Source: Octopus vulgaris | Lineage: Eukaryota | Reading direction: 5' to 3' | NCBI GenBank assembly: GCA_951406725.2 | Contig: OX597824.1 | Span: 35,960,001-36,024,000 of the forward strand | Length of the DNA stretch: 64,000 bases | Part shown: positions 55,453 to 64,000 of the stretch, piece by piece | Position numbering within the stretch: the first letter of the stretch is position 1 | Layout: the number at the start of each line of letters is the position of its first letter | Made by a program: the position numbers and the translations under genes | The notes under the pieces: model-generated | What the model was told of the DNA's origin: nothing | Database searches by the model: none | The model's input: only the letters and a program-made list of their open reading frames with translations

Positions 55453-56366
55453 TCTATATATATAAAACTGTAGTTGTGTGAATGTCTGTCCCCTTCGATT
55501 TAGATTCCTAACTACTCCCACATTTTGCGGTACAGTTTAACCAAATTCGGGTATCTTATAGTCGTGATTCATATCGAGCCCGTCTGGGTATTAGCGCGCA
55601 TCTACGATGAGTCTACGATTTTAAAAATAATTTAACATCATTTTTTATTCCATTTTAATGCATATTTTTTCGTGTGTCGATGGCGGCGGAGTTGGCGTCC
55701 ATGCTCACAGCTGCACCTGTGTTGCTTCTCCCCCTTCTTCCCTCCCTCGTGAAGTTGTGGGGAAGGGAGTGTAAGGAAATCAACGTCGTAATGCGTTGTC
55801 AAGGAGACCAGCGTTCTTTTAGAACAACGACTTCATGGCTTGAAGTCGCCAAAACAGAAATCGCTAAAAAAGCTGAAACAGATCCACAAAAACGGCAATT
55901 ACCGCCACACAGGGCAGGTTTCCTGTGCAAACAATTTGCACAACCGAATGTTTTAGTTGTTGCACAAATCTTTATATATAAAAGTAAGGTTGTGTGTCTG
56001 TCTCCTACGATTTAGATTCCTAACTACTCCCACATTTTGCGGTGCAGTTTAACCAAAACCGGGTATCTTATAGTCGTGATTCATATCGAGCCCTTCTGGG
56101 TATTAGCGCGCTTCTACGATGAGTCTACGATTTAAAAAAAAATTTACCATCATTTTTTATTCTATTTAAATGCATTTTCGCTATTATATAAGGGAAGTAA
56201 CTCTCTAAAAATGTCTACGATGAGTCAACGATTTTAAAAAAAAATTACCATCATTTTTTATTCCATTTTTAATGCATTTTTTGCTATTTTTTGGCTATAA
56301 CTCACTAAAAATGCTTATATAGTTATTTCCCTTACAAACCTAAGCAACGCCGGGCGATACTGCTAG
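55453..56366 (+). mobile_element. Non-autonomous Helitron (tandem 5' duplication; second TC start at 55969)
   Basis: A|TC start, subterminal gcaacgccgggcg, CTAG|T end and no TSD. A ~170-bp block is repeated internally. Confidence 0.8.
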
Positions 56367-56759
56367 TCTATTATAAAACTGTCGGTTATAAAACTATGCG
56401 CGGGCAAGGCTTGTGTTTTATTCGTTACGCAGCAATGTGTTTCTTGGTTTCATCCCGTTGCGCGCCACTTGGGCAAGTGTAGCCACTATAGCCTCCCGTT
56501 GATCATTGCATTGTAAATGAAATATGGTGGAAACGGCAGAAGCCTGTCGTCTGTGTTTGTTTGTGACGGAGAGAGAGAGAGAGAACAATCATATATAAGC
56601 ATAAATAAGTAAAAGAAAGAAAAAAATTTAAGACAACTTTGAAGCACAAATTTTGATTTTTTTGTTGTTGTAAATAATCTTTAATAAAAGATGTGGGCCG
56701 TTTGTTGATATTTGTGGCTTGGAGGCAAGTTTCTACTTGATATATTAAAGATGATTTTA

Positions 56760-56929
56760 GGCAGGAGTGGCTGTGTGGTAAGTAGCTTGCTTAAGAACCA
56801 CATGGTTCCGGGTTCAGTCCCACTGCGTGGAACCTTGGGCAAGTGTCTTCTACTATAGCCGCGAGCCGACCAAAACCTTGTGAGTGGATTTGGTAGACGG
56901 AAACTGAAAAGAAGCCCGTCGTATATATG

Positions 56930-56964
<35 letters not shown>

Positions 56965-57178
56965 ATGTTTGTGTGCCTATGTTTGTTCCGCCAACACCGC
57001 TTGACAACCTATGCTGGTTTGTTTACGTCCCCGTAACTTAGCGGTTCGGCAAAAAGGACCGATAGAATAAGTACTAGGCTTACAAAGAATAAGTCCTGGG
57101 GTCGATTTGCTCGACTAAAGGCGCTGCTCCAGCATGGCCACAGTGAAATGACTGAAACAAGTAAAAGAATAAAAGAGA
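56760..57178 (+). mobile_element. SINE family A, full length
   Basis: ggcaggagtggctgtgtggtaagtagc...gggttcagtcccactgcgtgg...gctccagcatggccacagtgaaatgactgaaacaagtaaaagaataaaag. Confidence 0.92.
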
Positions 57179-58058
57179 TATATTCGTCCTAACATTTTTG
57201 GGCTTAAGACACGTTAACGACTTTACGTTCCATTTTATTATTTTAATATTTCTTTTTTTTTTTTTTGCGGATAGTAGAAATTTCTAAGCATACCTTGTGA
57301 TTATCCTTTGTGGGTTTTCCTGAAAATTCGAGGTTTGAGAATTCCGTTTACGAAACGTCAGAATGGATTATGTTATTTCGTATCCTACCGTTTAAGTTAG
57401 ATTTAGAATCTGTATTAGGTGTGCAGCGAGGTTCGTTTCATCTTTATTTCTACTATTTAGTATAAGTGTATTATAGTTTTACCACTATCCTTGGTTAGCG
57501 GTTCCTTCTCAATATTAAACTGGCTATTGTTGTTTGTTAGTTTCCTTATTTTCTTGGCGTCAACTCAAGTTTGAATTGCAGTATACACATTCCTTTCCAC
57601 AAATCTAATGAAAAACTTAGTTACATTCACAACAGTTCTAATCACCAAAAATCAACTGTAGATCGATTATTAGTTTGGCTATTTTCGTCAGTTAGTTTCA
57701 TTATTTTCATGGCGTTGTTAACTTTGCCTATCCAACTTTCGGGGTCGATGTAATCGATTGGTCCGCTCCCGCCAATTTTCAGATCTTATGTCTATAATAG
57801 AAAGGTTATATTAAGTTATTCCCACTATTTGTAGTTTTATCAGTTATGTCTCAAGGCATATGCAGGCTTTTATTGTTTTTATAGTTATAACAACCGCTCG
57901 TTATATTGTCACTACTGATGTTAGCCTTATCTGCAATTATAGTATAATTTTCACGTATATTTACTATAACCCTGAGTTTAATTGGTTGAGTTAAAGAGTT
58001 ATGTGGTTCATTAATGTTTTGTATGTTCATGTGCAGAAGTTATTTTAAAATCAGAGTT

Positions 58059-58415
58059 GGGATCTTTTCACTTTGACCGGCAGATTTTAAAAATAATTTC
58101 TTTGTAACTACACACTTTTAAACTTCGTATACTGGTAGTGTGTTACATAAAACATCTTTTTCTCTTGGCTTTCCAGAAAATGTTGTTGACAAAATACGCA
58201 GATATTGTATTGACCTCAATAGACGTCATTGATTGGTTGAAATTGCCGAAATGCAAGAAATTAAACAACAAATAGCTTACAAACTAAAGAATTTTCTCAA
58301 GAAAGCCAAGAGAAAAAGTTGTTTTATGTAACACACTACCAGTATACGAAGTTTAAAAGTGTTTAGTTACAAAGAAATTATTTTTAAAATCTGCCGGTTA
58401 AAGTGAAAAGATCCC
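58059..58415. mobile_element. MITE with ~120-bp TIRs, GGGATC...GATCCC ends and 6-bp TSD (AGAGTT)
   Basis: agagtt at 58053-58058 and 58416-58421. The right half is related to the 8956 element. Confidence 0.9.
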
Positions 58416-58764
58416 AGAGTTGTTTGTCAGCGGATCACCATTATAATATTCGAAGTTACTTCTAAATACTTCCACGTTAGAGGAAGGCTTGGGTATTCAA
58501 TAGGAAATGTTTCTTACAAGGTAACATAGTAATGACAGAGGGGAGAGTAAAATGTCAAAAAAAAAAAATTAATGTCATTTAAGATTAGATCTAAAAGCAA
58601 GGCATATTGTGAAAATTTTGATTAGCATTTTTATATGAACATGATTATAACTTCTCTCTTCTGTAGGAAGCGCATTTATTTATTTTATTTTATTTTTGCA
58701 TTTATTTTGTACTCATGTTTTGGTATCTATTCGCCATTATCTTTTATCTTTTATCTTTATCTTC

Positions 58765-59133
58765 TTTTATCGTTTACTTGTTTCAGTCATTTGACTGCGG
58801 CCATGCTGGAGCACCGCCTTTTAGTCGAGCCAATCGCCCCGGGACTTATTCTTTGTAAGCCCAGTACTTATTCTATCGGTCTCTTTTGCCGAACCGCTAA
58901 GTTACGGGGACGTAAACACACCAGCATCGGTTGTCAAGCAATGCTAGGGGGACAAACACAGACACGCAAACACACACACTTCTTTCAGTTTCCGTCTACC
59001 AAATCCACTCACAAGGCATTGGTCGGCCCGAGGCTATAGCAGAAGACACTTGCCCAAGATGCCACGCAGTGGTACTGAACCCGGAACCATGTGGTTGGTT
59101 AGCAAGCTACTTACCACACAGCCACTCCTGCGC
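58765..59133 (-). mobile_element. SINE family A
   Basis: Reverse complement of the 56760 copy. Confidence 0.9.
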
Positions 59134-59619
59134 CATTGTGTTAATTTTTTATAAAATTTTATCATTTACACTATTTTCTATCACTTCCAACTTTTAAAAG
59201 GGGCTTTATCAGTCATAAACCTGTTTCAACGAATATAAACGATATATATTATTCAAGTTTTAATTCAGTTTCTACCCGCTTTAAATGTTTATGCTTTTTC
59301 CGACACAGCTTATTGTTTTTCATGCAACAAATTCTCGTTATGTTGAATAATAATAATGCCCTCTCTAATCAATTTTAATTGTTTATTCGATGAATTGGTA
59401 AATATCAATTACTTCACCACTTACAGATATTTATAAATTCTTTTGAACCAAAGTATTGTTTTAAATACTTACGACTGTCTGATGATCGGTTATGTGAAAC
59501 TGTTTAATAATTTATTGAGTTTTTCAGGAACTCATTGCAGACACACATATATGAATATCTGTCTGTCTTTCAGTCTGTCTGTCTGTTTGTCTCTCTGTCT
59601 GTCTCTCTGTCTGTCTGTC

Positions 59620-59666
<47 letters not shown>

Positions 59667-59667
59667 T

Positions 59668-59782
<115 letters not shown>

Positions 59783-60060
59783 TCAACAATAATATTAAGG
59801 AATGGCCTTGATAGGCCATTCAACTCACTAAAACGAGCAGCCAAACTCAAACCGCTAAATAGTAGTAATTCAGAAATCAAAGGAAAATTAAAAACATTTA
59901 CCCTTATCATCTTTGGACTATGCATAGTTTCGACGTACTTTATGGCAAACCAGCTTAATTAAATTTAAATTTAATTTAATTAAATCAATTTACCACTGGC
60001 CCGTCTCATCGGCAAAGAAGCCAGGAGGAATATATATTCCACGAGGCAACAATATATATA

Positions 60061-60293
60061 TAGGGTATTCAAAAGGTCTCTCTGCAGTAAGTGTTTAATG
60101 TTTTTTGGGCGATTCTTGTACACTGATCTTTTACTTGCTCCCCAGAAAAAAAGTCTGGTGCTGTTAAATCAAGTAATCTTGGTGGCCAAAGCCCCTTCGA
60201 AATAATCCGTTCACCGAAAAACTCTTGAAGTAGCGCCATGGTGATGCGCAGGATGGAAAAAATTCACTGCGGAGAGACTTTTTGAATACCTTG
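60061..60293 (-). mobile_element. Internally deleted Tc1/mariner element (~230 bp)
   Basis: TIRs agggtattcaaaaggtctctctgcagt / actgcggagagactttttgaataccttg in a TA context. The internal minus-strand WPPRLLDLTAPDFF is a decayed WPPRSPDL.P.DFF. Confidence 0.8.
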
Positions 60294-60405
60294 TATATAT
60301 ATATAGTCAATCCAAACATGAACAAGCAAGAACAAATAACAACGCGAGGACGTGGAATAAGTACAGTGTTATTGGACGCTCAGGAAAGGAAAGAAAAGAA
60401 AGAGG

Positions 60406-60440
60406 ATTTAACATTTCGAGCGGCGCTCTTCATCAGAAAT
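60406..60440 (-). ncRNA. Minimal type I hammerhead-ribozyme-like motif in a PLE-type unit (~60300-60510) between (TA)n tracts
   Basis: Minus strand: attt-CTGATGA-a-gagc.gcc.gctc-GAAA-t-GTT-aaat. The downstream ttcctgagcg is shared with the 36424 unit. Confidence 0.65.
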
Positions 60441-60506
60441 ATAGAAAAAGTTCAAAGAAGGAAAGACAGGGAAAGAAAATCGCGAACGATACACACGCGG
60501 TCACAT

Positions 60507-60544
<38 letters not shown>

Positions 60545-60549
<5 letters not shown>

Positions 60550-62469
60550 ATGTTGTTGGGGCATTTTGGAAACCATATATATATGATATTGAGGGATTTT
60601 ACAGACAATATATATGTAGATGTTGCGGGATTTTAGACACAATATATTCAAGCATTGATGTTACCTATTTTACAGACCATATATATTTAGTTAGTGATAT
60701 TCGTTATTTTAGAGGCCACATATATTCAGATAATAATGTTGATTTATTTTAGGTGCCCTATCAGTTCAGCTACTGATGATGCGGGATTTTGATGTCTATG
60801 CATTATTCAGGTAACTTTGAAGGTTTTTTTTTTGATACCATATGTATAAAGGCAAAATTGTTGGGGTAAGTTTGAAAACGTATATACTGGTAACGATGTT
60901 GAGGAATTTTAGAAACAATATGTTTCTGCTAATGACATGGGTGGGGGTTGCGCACCAAATTCGGCTAATGTCGTTGGAGTAATTTGGAGAATTTATATTT
61001 GCTAATTTTGTTAGGGGATTTTAGACATATATATGCAGGAAATTATATTATGGTGTTTTAGACACCAGAAATATACAGCGAATGATGGGGTATTTTAGAG
61101 ACGATACGTATTCAGTTTATGATTTACGGAACTTTAGATTCAGGTGCTATGTATTTAGTAAATATTGTTTGGGATAAGTTAGCGAACATACATATTGAAG
61201 AGATAATATTAAAATAATTTTAGAGACTATATATTCAGGTATTGATATTGAGGGATATTAGAATTGAATTATATTCAGTCAATGATGCTGGTAATATTCA
61301 GGTAATGATGTTAGTTATATTCAGATTATAATATCAAGAATGATGGCGTTATCTTGTAGACACCATATACGTATTTAGATAATGTTTTGATGGTGGTGGT
61401 AATGATGGAATAATTCAAAGACCATAAAATAGATATTGATTGGGTGGGGGTTATACATTACCTAAGTTTAGTATTTGACGTTAAGTTATTTAAGTGGCCA
61501 TATATTTTCAATTTACACCTTAGGTTATATAGAGCCTATTCAAATTTAGCTAATGGTATTTGTATATTGCAGCGACCACATATATTTAACTAATTACGTT
61601 CGTTAACTTAGACACAATATATAATCAGCTAGTGCTATAATGAGTAGGCTAGAGAACATTCAGAAAATAACGTTAGAGACCATATATTTTCAGGTTATGA
61701 TGTCGGGGTAATTTAAAGTACATATATTCAACTAATGAAGTAGGTGAATTTTAGTGACCATATGTATTCAGCTAATGATGTCATGGTAGTTTAGATACCA
61801 TAGATATTTAGCAAATGTTGGTGGAGTTGTTTAGATAATATATATCAGGTAATGTTAATGGGCGATTTTGAAGATTATATATATTTATAATCTGACCTTA
61901 AGATATTTTATACACCATATAATTCAGCTAAGCTGAATTTTAGAGCCAATTTAATTTCAGCAAATGATATCGGGATATTTTAGACACCATATATATTGAG
62001 CTAATGACGTTGGTCGTAAGAGGACATATATTAGGTTAAGATGTCTGGAGATATTAAAGTCCCTGTATATTCAGGTAATGAAGTTGGGTTTTGAGGCACC
62101 ACATATATTCTGCTTATGATGTTTGGGTATTTAGAGAACGCATATCCAGGTAATGATGTTGGGATATTTCAGACACCATATATATTTAGAGACTGATGTT
62201 GGGGAGGGGGACTTCAGAAACTTTATATGTTGAGTTAGAGAGGTTACAGTATTTCAAACACCATATGTATTGAACTAATGTTATCGAGATTAAGTTAAAG
62301 AACACAAGTATTCACGAAAGAATCTTGTGGGTTTTTGAAGACCATATACATTCAGCTAATGGTGGTGGGGCATTTGAGACACCTCATATCTTCAGCTAAA
62401 TTTTTGGGGGTAATATACAAGGCATATATTCGCTAATGTTGTTGGAGAAATTTAAAGATCATATATATA

Positions 62470-62516
<47 letters not shown>

Positions 62517-62935
62517 CACACACACATACACAAATATGTATAGGAAATGATGTTCCAGTATCCAGTATTTTAGACAAAATATATACACAGTTAAAAATGT
62601 TGGTAAGTTTTAGAGACAATATATTCAGCTAATGAAGTTGGAGCGTTTTAGATCCTAAATGTATTCTGCTAAACATGTTTGCAAGTTTACGCATTTATAT
62701 TTAGTTAATTATCTTGGGTGTAATTAGACAACATATATATTCAGTAAATAATGTTGGTGTATTTCGAACTATACATAATCAGCTAATGAAAATAGGAAAT
62801 TTTTAGGGAGCAATGTATTCTGTTAATGATGTTGTGGGACTTCAGTGACTAGAGATCTAGGCGAGGCTATGTGGCTATCTATTTAGCTAACGATTTTCAG
62901 TGGCTTTATAGCCGATATATATGCTTAGTTAATTA
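60545..62935. repeat. Highly diverged ~40-bp tandem repeat array (approximate consensus TTTTAGACACCATATATATTCAGCTAATGATGTTGGGGTA)
   Basis: ttttagacaccatatatattcagctaatgatgttgg variants recur over ~2.4 kb. The array resumes at ~63955. Confidence 0.85.
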
Positions 62936-62937
62936 TA

Positions 62938-63037
62938 CGTGCTCTGAGCAATACCAGAGGTGTCTAAGCAACACCCGGGCAACACCGAATATCTCTGCTA
63001 GTTCATTATAAAAAGTTGTGTGTATATATATATATAT

Positions 63038-63094
<57 letters not shown>

Positions 63095-63945
63095 CATATA
63101 TATATATACGCGGACGGCTGCCATAGTAACGAAGCTAAAGCACGCAGAGTCAAACCACTTGGCACAGATTGACATTCAATTCTGCTGTGCATGTGCACTA
63201 AGTTTTAACGTTCTAGCTCGCTTCCGCTCTTTTGAGCAGTGCTTGGAAGAAACGTGTGTAGCGTGTGATCGTTGCATTGACCATGACAGAGAAAGTTTAG
63301 CAGAGGATCTGCATCAAATTTTGCCAAAAGCGATACCTGCTCAGAGGCCTACGCAAAGTTTTCAAAAAGTTTTCATCGTTCTCGACACAATCAAGGAGAT
63401 CTTGTGCAACTGAAACCCGAGTGTTTTTAGGTCAGCTGAAGGCAATTTTGGTACAAACTTGGTAGACACGCGTCTCATACCCAAATCTTCAGTATTAATG
63501 GACTGAACTCTAACTAATATACACATCCTCTGATAACTTACAGATGGTGATTCGACGTTTTCTCCTCACAGCTACACCTACATCTGCGATGTCTTTCTCA
63601 GTTCTGCTGGTTGCGGGTATCTCAGAACGTTCGTCAATATCGACATTTTTTAGGCCATCTTGGAAACGTCTGAACCACTCATACACTTGCGTGTGACTCA
63701 TACACTCCTCTCTGCAACTTTTCGTAGGCCTCTGAGCAGGTATCGCCCTGACAACTTTCTCTGTCGTGGTCAATGCGATGATCACACGCTACACACCTTT
63801 CTTCCAAGCACTGCTGTAAAAAGAGGAAGTGAGTTAAAACGTTAAAACTTAGTGCGCATGCACAGTAAAGTCCTAATTTTTGGCAAGCGGCTTTACTCTA
63901 CGTGCTTTAGTTTCGTTACTATGACAACTTATTGATCAGATCTCG
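62938..63945. mobile_element. Foldback mariner derivative built from two inverted 5' ends, inserted in the satellite
   Basis: 63121-63360(+) is the reverse complement of 63720-63923. The minus ORF MSHTQVYEWFRRFQDG...DERS..PATS is a mariner HTH region. Termini are TA-cgtgctctgagcaata and tattgatcagatctcg-TA. Confidence 0.8.
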
Positions 63946-64000
63946 TATTGATACATTTTATCTACTATATCTATCAAGCTAATGATTCGGGGGTGATTTT

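Noticed and set aside
57571-57610. Next acylphosphatase exon (ttgcAG|TATACA = Y-T)
   Set aside because: It continues YTHSFPQI* with no similarity and no donor. The remaining exons are presumably outside the window.
60545-62935. CRISPR-like array
   Set aside because: The units are contiguous diverged tandem repeats without unique spacers, the context is eukaryotic, and there are no cas genes.

Overview
AT-rich, repeat-dense animal genomic DNA with dense microsatellites. The SINE families and repeat landscape suggest a coleoid cephalopod, probably Octopus (inferred, not verified). Most ORFs in the track are microsatellite artefacts. One host protein-coding gene is supported: an acylphosphatase (+). 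Its first coding exon (30682-30733) appears to splice across a 24,506-bp intron onto a 17-nt microexon (55240-55256), giving MAGSLLSVDFEVYGQVQGVLFRK; the remaining exons lie beyond the window. The rest is mobile DNA: two abundant tRNA-derived SINE families plus a third, a 5'-truncated CR1-group LINE with endonuclease and RT domains (44001-46796), CR1/RTE fragments, a Penelope-like GIY-YIG remnant, mariner/Tc1 relics, MITEs, non-autonomous Helitrons, a solo LTR and a ~40-bp degenerate satellite. The main hidden structure is a set of at least eight hammerhead-ribozyme-like motifs. Most sit in short units beside (TA)n tracts, and four form two inverted (foldback) pairs just upstream of the microexon. 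This fits Penelope-derived pseudo-LTR elements. All calls were made by eye, with no searches or folding runs.
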